This document shows, piece by piece, positions 36,252 through 48,682 of a stretch of 64,000 nt of DNA. Origin of the DNA: Scenedesmus sp. PABB004 (lineage: Eukaryota); contig JABVCE010000007.1 of assembly GCA_014905635.1 (NCBI GenBank), forward strand, positions 1,302,001 through 1,366,000, read 5' to 3'. A program made the position numbers and the translations under genes. Numbering within the stretch: position 1 is the first letter of the stretch; every line of letters begins with the position of its first letter. The notes below the pieces were generated by a model that ran no database searches, was not told where the DNA came from, and was given only the letters and a program-made list of their open reading frames with translations.

Positions 36252-39200
36252 ATGAAGGTGCGCGGCGGCGCCCAGCCCCGGCGCCCGCAGCGCGCGCCGC
36301 GCCGCCGCCCACCGCCGGCCCCCGCGCGGCGCCGGCGTGCCGCCGCGCGCGCCACCTCGCGCCGCTGCGCCCCGTCCCCCAGTTCTCCCACGTCCTCAAG
36401 TACAACAGCGTCCCGGAGTGGCGCGAGGCATACATCAACTACCCGCTGCTCAAAAAGGTGCCCGCGGCGCCGGCCAGCAGCCGCGGCGGCAGCTGGCAGG
36501 CCCGGCGGCGGCGCGTGCGCGCGCGGCGCGCCGAGCAGGCGGCGCCGCGCGCCCACGCACCCGCGCCCGCGCCCGCGGCCGCCGCGGCCGCCATCGCCGC
36601 GCGCAGCTCATTCTCGCCGCGAGCGCGGCGGAGTACCATGAGGGCTATGAGGGCGGCCTGGGGCTGGGCCACCCGGCCGCGTCGGCCAACCTCGACGAGG
36701 AGGTCGGCGCGCGCTCGCCGCTGCTCGCGTCGGGCAGCAGCGCGGGCGGCGGCGGCGGCAGCGGCGGCGGCGGGCTGGCGCGGTCGCTGAGCGCGAGCCT
36801 CGCGCGCGAGGGCCGGGAGAAGGAATTCCTGGAGGCGCTCGACGCTGAGCTGGCAAAGATAATCCGCTTCTACCTCAAAAAGGAGGCCGAGATCTCGGCC
36901 GCATGCGAGGAGGCCGGCATGGCCGTCGCGCACGCCGAGGGCATCGCGCCGCCGCCGCCGGAGCACGGCGCGGGTGCGCCGCGCCGCGCGCGCGGCCGGC
37001 CGCGCGCGCCGGCGGCGGCGCGGCCTGCCGACGCGCGCGCGCGCGCGCGCGCATCAGGAACCGCCGCCGCCCCGCCCCCGCGCGCAGACGACGCCGGGCT
37101 GTACGCGGCGCAGCGCTGCGCGTTCTGGAGCCAGGGCGGGCGCGCCGTCGCGGCGCAGCGCGAGCGGCTCAAGGCGCAGCTGGAGGAGCTCTTCGCCACG
37201 ACCTGTGAGCGCGCCGGGGCCGCCGGCGGGGCGCTGCCAGCTTGGCGGCGGCGGCGGCGCGCGCGCCGTGCCGCGCGGCGCCCGCCCGCCCTGCCCGCCC
37301 CGCTCCGCTCCGCGCCGCGCCGCCGGCCCACGCCCCGCGCCGCCCGCCCACGTGCCCGCGCCGCAGCCAACCTGGCCAACTATGTCGAGACCAACCGCAC
37401 CGGCTTCAGGAAGATCCTCAAAAAGCACGACAAGCTCGTCTCGGTGCGCGCCGGCGGCGGCCGCGGTGGCACGTGCGCACGCAAACACGCGCCGCGCCAC
37501 GCGCCCTCGGGCGCCGAGCGGGGCCGCGGGCCCCTCACCGCCGCGTCCGCGTCCGCCGTGGCGCGCAGCACCCCATGGGCGGGACGTACCTGCCCATCGT
37601 GGACCAGAAGTTCCCCGAGAGCCACGCCGCGACGCTGCGCCGGCAGCTGGAGGCCATCACGGGTGCGGCGGCGCGGCGCGCGGCGCGCGCCCCGCCAGGC
37701 CGCGCCCCCGCCCGCCTGCCCACGCGCCTGCCCTCACCCCCCACGCCCCCAGAGCTCTATGCGATCGTCGCGTGCAACGGCAAGGCCGCCAAGGCCGCCA
37801 CGGTGCTGCGCAAGCAGCAGGCGGAGCAGGTCAGCTTTGAGCGCAGCAGCATCTGGAAGGACATGGTCGGCCAGGAGCGCCGCGGCGCGACGCTGCACGT
37901 GCAGGTGAGAGCCGCGGCGGACGACGCGGCGCCCGCCGCCCACGCTCGCCGCCAGGCCGCCGTGCCGCTTGCCGCCCCTCCACGCCCCGCCCGCACCCCG
38001 CGCCCTGCCCCCCGCGCCCAGGACGGCAAGGAGCTGCCCGCCGAGGCCTCCTGGCTCGCGCGGCACCGCCAGGCGCTGCTCGTCGCCCTCTCGCTCGCCG
38101 TCTTTGCGGGCCTGCTCTCCGCGCCGGTGTTTGAGGACTCGCCGGAGAAGCACAACTGCCTTGCGCTGCTCGGCTTTGCGGCCACGCTGTGGTGCACCGA
38201 GGCAATCCCCCTCTTTGTCACCTCCATGCTCGTGCCGCTGCTGATCGTCGTGCTGCGCGTGCTGTGCGACGCCGACGCGCACGGCGCGCCCGTGCGGCTC
38301 GAGGCCAAGGACGCCGCGGCGCGCGTGTTTCACACCATGTTCTCTCAGGTGGGCGTGGGGGTGTGGCGGGGGTGGGTGGGTGTCTGGGGGATGCTGGCGC
38401 GCGCGCGCGCGCGCGCCCGCGCGCCCGCGCGCCCGGCTGGGGCCGCCCCTCCCGCGCGCGCGCAGCTGCAGCAGCAGTCGCCGACTGCTGGCCGACCCCT
38501 GCCCCCCCGCCCCCCCCCCCCCCCCCCCCATCGTCAGACCATCATGCTGCTGCTCGGCGGTTTTGCGATCGCCGCCGCGCTGTCCAAGCACTTTATTGCG
38601 AAGCAGCTCGCCGTCGCGATCCTCTCGCGCGTCGGGCGGCGCCCGCGCGACGTGCTGCTCGCAAACATGCTCGTCGCGACCTTTGCGAGCATGTGGATCT
38701 CCAACGTCGCCGCGCCGGTGCTCTGCTTCAGCCTCGTCACTCCCATCCTCCGCACGCTGCCGACGAGCCACCCGTTCTGCAAGTCCCTCGTCATGGGCAT
38801 TGCCCTCGCGAGCAACCTCGGCGGCATGACCTCGCCCATCAGCAGCCCCCAGAATATCTTTGCCATCGAGCGCATGTCGATCGGCGGCGCGCCGCCGAGC
38901 TGGCTCGCCTGGTTTGGCGTCGCGCTGCCGGTCGCGTTCCTCGGCAACCTCGCGTGCTGGGGCCTGCTGCTGCTCGCGTACCGCCCCGGCGCGACGATCA
39001 AGGAGGCGCGTGCCGCCGCGCCGCGCCGTGCCGCGCGCCGCGCCGCATCCACGCCCCCGCCCACTGTCCACTGTCCCGCCCACCCACGCCCCTCAACCCC
39101 CCCCCCCCACACACACACACAAACACACACACGCACACGCACGCACACACGCGCGCGCAGGTGCGGCCGCTGAAGCCGCCGGAGGACCCGCTCAACGCGA

Positions 39201-40382
39201 CGCAGCTGTACGTCATCTTTGTCTCCCTCGCGACCGTGGGCGCGTGGTGCTTCAACTCGCTGCTCGCCCCCGTCACGGGCGAGATGGGCGTGCTGGCCAT
39301 CGTGCCGTGCGTCGCGTTCTTCGGCTTTGGCGTGCTCTCAAAGGACGACTTCAACGGCTTCCTCTGGAACGTGGTCATGCTCGCGATGGGCGGCCTCGCG
39401 CTCGGCGAGGCCGTCGCGAGCAGCGGGCTGCTCGCGACCATCTCCAGCGTGCGCGCGGGCGCGCGCGGGCGCCGGCGCGGCGCGGCGCGGCGCGGCGCGG
39501 CGCGGCGCGGCGCGGCGCGGCGCGGCGCGGCGCGGCGCGGCGCGGCGCGGCGCGCGGGGCGCGCCGCCGCCGCCTGCCCGGCCGCGCGCGCCGCCGCCCG
39601 GCCCCCCTCTCTCCCACCCCAAAACCCCAAACATGAAAACCAAAAACCAAACCCCCGCCTCGAACCCGACCGACGCCTGCGCGCGCCGCGGCGCAGCACA
39701 TCAGCGCGCTCGTCGCGGGGCAGTCGCTGTGGGCGGTGCTTGCCATCTTCTGCGGCCTCGTGCTCGTGGGCACGACCTTCATCAGCCACACCGTGGGCGC
39801 GATGGTCATCCTCCCGGTCGTGCAGAGCGTCGGCGAGGCCATGCCCGGCGGCCACGCGCGCCTCCTCGTCATGGGCGCGGCGCTCATGTGCTCGGGTGCG
39901 GGCGCCGCGACACCGCCGCGCGGGCGCGGCGGCTGGCGCGGGCGCGGCGGCCGGCGCGGGCGCGGCGCCGCGCCGCGCCCCTCCTCCCTCCCCCGCCCCG
40001 CGCCGCCCGCCCTCTCCAGCCCCGCGCCGCCGCCGCCGCGCTCGCCCCCTCCCCCTCTAAACCTCACCCCTTCAACCCCAAACCCTCCACCCTCCCCCCT
40101 CACTCGCCCGCCCGCCCGCCCGTGCACTTCTCCCCCACCCCTGCCGCCACTCTGCCGCCGCTGCTCCCCGCCACCCCCCCCCCCCCCCGCCACCCGCCAG
40201 GCGCGATGGGCCTGCCCGTGAGCGGTTTCCCCAACATGAATGCCGTCGCGCTCGAGGACAGCACGGGCGTCAACTACGTCGACACGGGCGACTTCCTCAA
40301 GGTCGGCCTCGCCGGCAGCGTCGCTGCGTACGGCCTGATCGTCAGCGCCGGCTACGGCCTCATGCTCGCCGTCGGCTTCTGA
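36252..40382 (+). CDS. PTC1: SPX-domain SLC13-family phosphate transporter (Pho87/90/91-like; chlorophyte PTC1-like vacuolar Pi transporter)
   Basis: SPX: MK|FSHVLKYNSVPEWREAYINYPLLKK, FLEALDAELAKIIRFYLKKE, YVETNRTGFRKILKKHDK. SLC13: WCTEAIPLFVTSMLVP, LLLGGFAIAAALSK, SMWISNVAAPVLC, ASNLGGMTSPISSPQN, FISHTV, MGLPVSGFPNMNA. Confidence 0.92.
39474..39555 (+). repeat. (GGCGC)n pentanucleotide array in a PTC1 intron
   Basis: About 16 near-perfect units read directly. Confidence 0.9.
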
Positions 40383-40862
40383 CGGCGACGCGGCGCGGCG
40401 CTGGCGCCGGCGGCGGCGCGCGCCGCGAGCGCGCGGCGCGCGGGGCGCCGGCGGGCGCGCGCCGCGGGCCCCGGCATTCAGGGCGCGCGCGCGCGCCCGG
40501 CGCCGGCCGGCTCCAGGCCGCGGCCTGGAGCGCGCTGCGCGCTGAGCTGAGCGCGTGCTGCTGCCGGCTGCGCTGTGCCCTGGTTGCGCGTGGGCGGGGG
40601 TGTCAATCTGTCAACTCTCTTGAGCCTGGAGCCCGCCGCGCGCGTGCCTCGCCCGACCCGCCAGCTCGCGCCCCGCGGCTGGCCCAGCCAGCCCGTCACT
40701 GGGGTCCGTCCCCGCAAGCGTTTGGTTCGTTACTCTGTCGCCACCACCCAGCGGCAAAAAGGAGAGGAGGGACCGCCGCGCGCGGTCACGCAAAATGCGC
40801 CGCCGCGCCCCGACCCCAGGCCTGCGCGCCCCGCCCCGCCCGCGAGCTACAGCTACTCCCAC

Positions 40863-40984
40863 GCCCGCCCCGCCCCGCCCGCCCCGCCCCGCCCCGCCCC
40901 GCCCCGCCCCGCCCCGCCCCGCCCCGCCCCGCCCGCCCCGCCCCGCCCGCCCCGCCCCGCCCCGCCCCGCCCCGCCCCCCGCCC
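40863..40984. repeat. (CCCCG)n array between the convergent PTC1 and ATP sulfurylase 3' ends
   Basis: Imperfect pentamer array about 100 nt past the ATP sulfurylase stop; it reads GGGGC on the ATS sense strand. Confidence 0.9.
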
Positions 40985-41081
40985 GCGCGCCGCCGCGGCG
41001 CCGCGCGCGCGGCGCGCGCGCGCTGCGCGCCGGTCTGGCGCCGCGCGCCCCGAGGGGCGCAGCGCGCGGCCGCCTACGACC

Positions 41082-43443
41082 CTACTCGGACCGCGCGGCG
41101 CCCTGCGCGTGCTCGCGCAGCACGCCGACGACCGACTTGAAGGCAAACCACTCGGGGATGTCCTCCCCGCCGCGCAGCATCTGCCTGAACTTGGTGCCGC
41201 TCAGCTTCTTGATGTGCAGCCCGCGCTCCTTGGCCTCGGCCGCGGTCACGTAGCCCGCCTCCTCCGTGTACACCACGTCGAGGCTCGGCACCGCCTGCAT
41301 GCCCAGCTCGGGCGCAAACTTTATCGCCGTCTCCTGCGCGTCGTACATGCCGTAAAAGTCCTCGCCGGTGAGGCTCGACTTGCTGCCCGCCATGTCGCGG
41401 CCGACGATGAAGTGCGTGCAGCCTGCGCGCGCGCGGGCGGCGGCGCCGGCGGCGGGCGGCGAGCGGGTCGGACGCTGCGCCCCGCCCCTGCGCGCCCCGC
41501 CCCTGCGCCCGCTGCACATGCGCCGCGCCCCCGCCCGTGCTCGCTCACTCGCTCGCCGCCGGTCGCGCCCCCCCCCCCCCCCGCGCGGGCCGCGGCGCGC
41601 ATCTCGCTGCTCACCGTAGTTCTTGCGGATGATCATGTGCTGGATCGCCTCGCGCGGCCCCGCCATGTGCATGGAGTAGGGCAGGTAGGCCCAGCGGATG
41701 GCGGGGTTGCCGATCTCAGCGGCGAGCACCTCGTACGTGTGGTACCGCACGATGCCGGGGATGTCGTCGTCCTGGCGGGGTTTGGGGTTTAAGGGTTCAG
41801 GGTTCAGGGCGCGCGGCGGCGGCGGCGGGGTTGAGGGTTCGGGAGGGTTCAAGGCTCGAGGCTTCTGAGGGCTGGGCGCTGGGTCCGAGGGCGGGCAGCA
41901 GCGCGCGACGGCGCGACGGCGCCGTGTGGCCGCCGCACCTGGGTGGGGCCGCAGGTCGGGTGCACGAGGCAGACCGCGCCGTCGCGCACGTTGGGCGCGG
42001 TGAGCGCGCGCGTGAAGAGCTCGTAGTGCGCGCGGTGCACCGGGTTGCGGCACTGGAACGCGACGACGTCGGTGTCGGTCGGCAGGTCGGCGCGCACGTG
42101 CGCGGGCGTCGCGCACGGGAACACGCTGCGGCGGCGCGGCGCGGCGAGCGCGGCGGGCAGTGCCGGCGTCGGCGGCGCGCGCGCTTCCGAGCGCCCTCAC
42201 TACGACAACGCGGCGCCGGCGCCGGCTCGGCGCGTCGCGCCGCGTCGTGCCGCGTCGCCCGAGCTCCCAGCTCCCAGCTCGGCGCACCGCTTGGGCAGGT
42301 CGAGGCCGAAGACCTTGCCGCCCAGGTAGTACTTGCCGCGCTCGGTCGCGACCATGAGCGTGCCGGGGTGCTCGAGGCTGGTCGTGCCGTAGCAGAGCTT
42401 CGTCTCGAGCGCCTTGTTGGGCACCCACTTGGACTCTACCTCCAGCACCGCGAGGTCCTGGCCCTTGTACGTCAGCAGGACCTGTCGGGGGAGCGGCGCG
42501 GCGCTCGGCGCGCGGCCGCAGGGGCCGCCGGTGCCCAGGTGCGCGCGCGCCGCTGCCCGCGCCGCCGCCCGCGCCGCCGGGCCCGCCGCGCCGCGCCGCG
42601 CCCGGCCGCGCGCCGCGCCTTCTGGCCCTCCCGGATGGCCTCGTTGTTGGTGTCCAGCACCACGGGCAGGCCCAGCAGCAGGTTGCTGCCCGGCAGCCTG
42701 CGGCGGCGGCGGCGGCGGCGGCGGAGGCGGCGGCGTCGGGCCGCGCCGCGGGCGGCCGCAGGCGTGCTTCGCCCCTCCCTTTTCTGGCAGCTGCGCCGCG
42801 CGGCGCGGCCCCGCCGGGCGCACGCCCAGGGGCTCACCGCATGTGCTCCACCACGTGGTCGTAGGCGTCCTTGTTGAGGAAGCCCTCGAGCGGGCTGAAG
42901 CCGCCGACGGAGAGCAGCTCCACGTCGCACGCGTTGCGGTCGCTGCACTCCTGCTTGTGGTGGCACGACTCGATCAGCGCGCGCTTGTACGCGCTGTCGC
43001 GCACCATGAGGTCCACCAGGGCGCCGCCGTGGGGCAGGATGTGGCCACTGTGGTCACTGCACGCGCGCGGGCCGGGCGGGCAGAGTGCGCGGCGTGGGCG
43101 CGCGCCGCCGAGCAGCGACGGCGCTGCGGCGGCGCGGCGCGGCCCCGCGACTCCGCAATCCTGGGCCGCGGCACTCACGGCTGGTACGCCGGCATGGCGG
43201 ACGCGGCAAAGGTGCGCGACTGGGGGCGGGGGAGGCGGGAAACGGTTGTGAGAGGGGCGCGCCCCTGCCGGCCGCCCCCGGCTGCCGGGCCGCCCGCGCG
43301 CCGGCCACGTCGCGGTGGCATCGCACCTGGGTGCTGGTGGAGGCGGCGCGCACGCCGTTGAGCAGGCGCAGGCCCGCGCACCCCAGCGCGGCGACGCTGG
43401 ACCCGCCGAGCGCGCTCGCCAGGCCCTGCACCGCGGGCAGCAT
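41082..43443 (-). CDS. ATS: ATP sulfurylase (sulfate adenylyltransferase, sat/ATS type) with N-terminal organellar presequence, multi-exon
   Basis: [104 protein letters not shown]. Confidence 0.95.
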
Positions 43444-44339
43444 GGCTTTCCGGAGCTGCCGGGCCGCGGAACGCGCGCGTTGCGGCGGCGAGCGCGGGGC
43501 AGCGAAAACGCGAGCGCGGGCTCCGCGGCGCTCTGCAGGCGGGCTGCGGGTCGTTGCGCGTGCCACCAGGGAGCTGACGCGCTCGCGCGACTGGCGCGGC
43601 GCGGCGGGACGGCGCCGGCGGCACCGGCGGCGCGCGCGCGCAAAAACTCCGCGCCCGCGCCGCCGATAACAGACGGCACGTTCGCCCCTGGCGGGCGTCG
43701 CGGCGCGTCGGAGGCAGCTCTGACAGCACGCGGGCGGGCGCGCGGTCGGCGGCGGCGCGGGCGCGGCGCGGCGGGCCGCAGCCCGTTCCACGCCCGCGTG
43801 GCACTCGCTCCCGCACGATGCTTGTGACTACCGAGCGTCCCCAGTGCGTCCCAGACCGCCGCCACAGCAGCCACGTTCACGATAAAAACACAAGCCACCC
43901 CCCGCGTCTGGCTTGGCGCTGCCGCCGTCGTTCGCTGGCGCCAGCTGCGATCCGTGTTCGTGGAGTTCCTGGCTCGACTTTGGTGCTCGACTTTGGTGCG
44001 TGTGGGTGCCTGGCTCAGCCCGCTGTGCATAAAATTCCTAGAGAGAGGCCGCGCATGGCATGCCAAGTGAGGGACCGCGATGATGCGTATCACCGCCAGG
44101 GGAGCAGAGTGCCGGCGGCGGCAGACATGCGCCCGCCGCGCGTGCGGCGCCGAGGTCCGCTGTTGATTGTGCTAGCCGTCGTCGCCCCAGTCTCCCGACC
44201 AAGAACGGCACGCGGCTTGTGGTGACCACCACCAGGTGGTCAACGTACCAACAACAGAAGGCAGGAGGTGGGGTTTGTGGTTGCCGCCGCCGCTAAAAAC
44301 GCCGCGCGCGGCCGCCGGGCGGCGCCGCCGCCGCGCCGC

Positions 44340-45260
44340 TCAGCGCGCGGGCTGGCGCTGCGGCAGCGCAACCTGCGCGACCTGCGGCAGCGCCTCCTCC
44401 ATGTCCAGCATGCCGTCGAGCCCGCTGCTCTCGCGGCGCGCGCTGCCGATGGCGCTGCTGCTGCTCATGCTGCCCAGCATGCCGCTCAGGCCGGAGCCGA
44501 ACCGCGCCGACGCGAGGCCGCTGCCAAAGCCGGGCCACGCGCGGCCGTCGGCGCCGCCGCCGCAGCCGCCCCCGGCGTCGGGCAGCGGCGGCAGGCCGCT
44601 CGCGAGGTCGACCGACATCGCGGCGCTGCCAAAGCCCTTGAGCCCGCAGCTGCCGCCGCCGCGGCCGGGGCTGCCGCACGGCGGCCGGCCGGCGCCGGCG
44701 CCGGCGGCGCTGGCCGCCGCGGCCGCGACCGCGGCGCGGCCAAACGCGCCCACGCTCACCGTGTTCTGCAGCGCCAGCCCGGCCGCGTCCGGGAGCAGGC
44801 TGCCCTCGAGCTCGAGCAGCGTGCTCGGGAGCTCGCCGCTGATGCTCCGGAACGCCCCGCCGCCGGGGCTGGTGCCGTGCAGCGCGTGCGAGAGCGCGTC
44901 CCCGTCCTCCATCGCCAGGCTGGGCAGCGCGGGCAACAGCTCGGGGCCGTCCGCGTGCGGCCCCGCGCGCGGCGCCGCCGACGCCGCGGGGCCCGCGGAC
45001 GCGGCCGGCTGCGCGTCGGCGCCGCCGCCCTGGCCGGCGGCCGCCAGGCTGTCCAGCAGCTGCGACGGGAAGAGCGCGCGCAGGCCGGGCACGTCCAGGC
45101 TCTGCCCGCCCGCGACCAGGCTCCCGACGCCGGCCACGGTCTCGCTCGCGCCGCCCGTGAAGAGGCCCGGCACCGTCAGCACCGACGGCTCCTCCGCCGC
45201 CAGGCAGGCCGCGCCGCCGCCTGCCGGCTCGCTGCTGCCGCTGCCGCCCCCCGCGCCGGG

Positions 45261-45298
<38 letters not shown>

Positions 45299-48200
45299 GG
45301 CCTGCCCGCCGCTCGCCGCCGCGCCGACGGTGCTGCCGGGCGCCGCCGAGGGCGCGGGGCTGCCGCGGCGCAGCTGCTCGAAGAAGGGGCTCGCCTCGTG
45401 CGCCTCCGCCTCGCCGCCGAGCGGCGAGCCGCCGCCGCCGCCGCCGCAGCCGGCGCTCCCGCGCAGCCGCGCCAGCGCGTTGGGCGGCAGCTCCTTGCCG
45501 GCGCAGCTGAAGCTCGCGCTGGGGTGGGCCGCCGCCGCGGCGTGGGCGGCCGCGGCGAGCTGCGCCGAGTCGGGGTCGCTCGCCGCCGCGCGCTGCCGCA
45601 GGGCCGCCTCGGCGCCGCTGAAGCTGGCGGGGCGCGCGGCAGGCCCACCGCGCGCCGCGGTCGAAAACGTGCGCTTGAGGCCGCCGCCGCTGGGCTCCAG
45701 GTGGCCCTGCAGCACCGCCAGCAGCTCCTCGGGGCACGTGTTGGCCTCAAACGCGCAGGTGATTGCCGCCGCGACGTTGCCGGTGAGCGAGTGGCTGCTC
45801 AGCATCTGCTCCAGCTCCGCACCACTGGGCAGCTGCGGCCCCGCACCGCCGCCGGCGCCGGCGCCGGCGCCGGCGGGGCCGTCTGCCGCCGCCTGCTGGC
45901 TGCACGCCGACTGAAGCAGCGCGGTGAGCGTGGGCAGAGTCAGGCCCTCGAGGCCGTCCGGCGGCAGCTGTGGCGTCAGCGGCTGCTGCTGCGCCTGCAG
46001 GTGCGGCCCCACGGGCTGCAGGGCCGGCGCGAAGCTCGGCGGCACCTCCAGCGCCTGCAGCCCGGGGCTGTCAAAGCCCGCCGGCCCGAGGCTGGGGTGC
46101 TGCAGACCGGGCTGCACCGGCAGCTGCAGCAGCGGCAGCTCGCACACGCGGCTGCGCTGCCCGACGGCGGCCTGCAGGCGGTCGGCAGCCGGCGGCGGAG
46201 GAGCGGCGTCGTGCCCGGGCAAGCGCCGTCGGTCAGCGCTGGCAGTGCGCGGCAGTCGCCCACGCGGTCAGGGCGGCGCGGCCCCCCTGGGCGCACCTCA
46301 AACGCATCTGTGTCCTCCGGAAAGATGCCCCACCCCGTGTGCCCGGGCGCCCACCACGCCGCCTCGGCGCGCGGGAGCAGCTGGCGCACGACATCGCGCT
46401 GCACCGGCGACTGCTGCGTCTGCGGCACGACCTCCACCTGGCTCGCGCCCGACGCGTCCACGACGCTCTGCAGCAGCGCTGCGGGCGCGGGCGCCGCGGC
46501 AATGGCGGCGGCGGGTGAGCTCGGGTCAGCGGGTCCGGGCCCGGGCGGATGGCTGCCCGTGGCGGCCCTGGCGCTGCCCGAGGAGCGTCGCGGGCGCCGC
46601 GCGCAGCCGCCGCGCGCACCCTGGGGCCGGCGCAGGTCCACGACGCCCAGGCGGCAGGCAAAGAGGAGGCCGAGGTCGGCGCTGGCGGGGTCGGCATACC
46701 CTGGGAGGGGGCAGCCGCGGCGGCGCCCGCGGCGGCGGCGTCAGCGTCCACGCGCGGCCAGCGGCGGCCTGCCGCCCGTGCCGCGGCCGCGGCCGCGGGC
46801 GCCGCTCACAGGCGCGCATGCGGTTGTCCGGCACCACCGCGCGCTTGGCGTGCTCCGCCGCCTCGTCCCACTTGTCGCGCGGCAGCTTCAGCAGCGCGAG
46901 CAGCTGCTGCCGCAGGTGGCCCTCGGCCTCCGCGCGCAGCGCGAGCGCCTTGAACTCCCCCACCTGCGGGCGCGGCGGCGGCGCGGCGCCGCTCGGCCCG
47001 GCGCGGCCGCCCGCCCGCCGACTCTGCGCGCGAGCCGCGGCCCGCGCCGCGCCGCGCCGCGCTGTGCGCTGTGCGCGCCTTCTCGATGCGCGCGGGCGCG
47101 GGGTCCAGCCCCGCCAGCGTCACGCCCGCCGCCGCCGCCGCGGCGTGCAGGTCGCTGAGCTTCTTCACGGTCTCCCGCCCCATGTGCTCCAGCTTGGACA
47201 CGTGGTCGTCGCAGCTGGGAATCTCAACCTGCGGCGCCGCCGGCGGCGCAACGCGCGCGCGGCATGCGCTCAGCGGGCCCCCGCCGGCGCGCGCGGCGCG
47301 GCCGCGCCGCCGCCCGCGCCGCGCGCGCACCTTGTGCGAGGCGCGCACGCGGCGCGTGGCGACCACAAACGGCTCGCTGACGGCGGGGCGCGTCGCGAGG
47401 CGGCGGCCGTCGACGTGCCGCGCGCGCGCGGCCAGCCGGAACGGCGGCTTGCGCCCGCTCAGCATCGCCTCCGAGCTGTCCGTCAGCACCAGCTCCGGCA
47501 GCACGACCCGGCCCGCCTGCGGCGCGCGCGGGGGGGGGGGGGGGCGCGTCAGCGCCGCCGGCGCCGGCGCCGCGCGCTGGCCGGCGGCGCCGCCACCGCC
47601 GGCAGCACCCCCGCCGGCCGGCGCGTCACCTTGGTCTGCAGCAGCAGCCGCCCCGCCGCGTCGGCCTGCCCGCCGCCCGCGGCGACGAGCAGGGGGGCGT
47701 CCTTTTTGTTGCGCAGCAGCGCCGCGCCGTCGAGCGCGGCGTCGAGCGCGGCGCCGGCGTCGCCCGGGGGGCGCGCGTCATACGCGCCGCCGTCCACGAT
47801 GAACAGCTGCGGCGCCGCGGCGGCGGCGGCGGCGGCGGCGGCGCGGTCGAGGGTGCCGCAACGCGCGGCGCGGCGCGGCGCGCCGCGGACGGCGCGGCCT
47901 CTGGGAGCGGCCGCGCCCAGCCCCGGGCCGCCGCACCTCGACGTACACGCCGTCGAGCTCGGCGTCGTGCAGCGCGCCGGTCGCGCGGTCGCGGAGCTCG
48001 ACCCGCACCGGCGCGCCGCAGCGCGCGAGCACCTTGTCTGCCACCAGGTACTTTTTGGCAAAGTTGGCCCCGCAGCGCCGCTGGCTGTTGTGAGCACAGA
48101 GCGCGCACTGCGGCTCGTTGCAGCCGAGCGCGCTGCGCGGCGGCGCGGGCGGCGCGGGTGGCGCAGGCAGCGCGGGTGGCGGTGGGCGGTGGGCGGTGGG

Positions 48201-48682
48201 CGCGGGCGGGTGCCAGCGCGGCGGCGCGGGCGGCGGGCGCGGGCTGCGCGCGCGGTGGCGCGGCGGCGCGCTGGGCGGGGCGCCGCGGCGCGCGCGGCCT
48301 CACAGGCAGTCGTGTGTGAAGACCAGCTCCAGCTCCAGCGCCTCCACCGGCACCTGGCTCCAGCTCCAGTCCGGCGGCGGCAGCGCGCCCAGCGCCGCCG
48401 CTGCCGCATCCTCGAGCAGCGCCGCGCTCACGGCGGGGCACGCCGCGCCGAGCCGCGGTGCGAGGGCGCCCAGGAACTGCACGATCCGCGCCCGCACATA
48501 CTCCTGCGGCCCCCCAGGACGCATCGCGCGGGCGGAGGCCACAGCGTGAGATGCCACCCCCGGCCGCGCCCAGGGCGCCGCGATCGGCCTGGTCGGCGCT
48601 GCGCTGGCACCGCTCACACCTCCAGCGCCGTGGGGCGCACGCCCAGGAGCTCCTCGGGGACGCGGACGGCGGGGCAGCTCAT
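44340..48682 (-). CDS. CBP60/SARD1-like (calmodulin-binding protein 60 family) transcription factor with long low-complexity C-terminus; apparent indel near 45300
   Basis: KYLVADKVLARCGAPVRVELRD, LFIVDG, LRNKKDAPLL, LPELVLTDSSEAMLSGRKPPFRLAARA, PAVSEPFVVATRR, IPSCDDHVSKLEHMG, KVGEF and KWDEAAEHAKR match the CBP60 N-terminal and middle domains. The start (MSCPAVRVPEE) and 3' exons are less certain. Confidence 0.78.
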
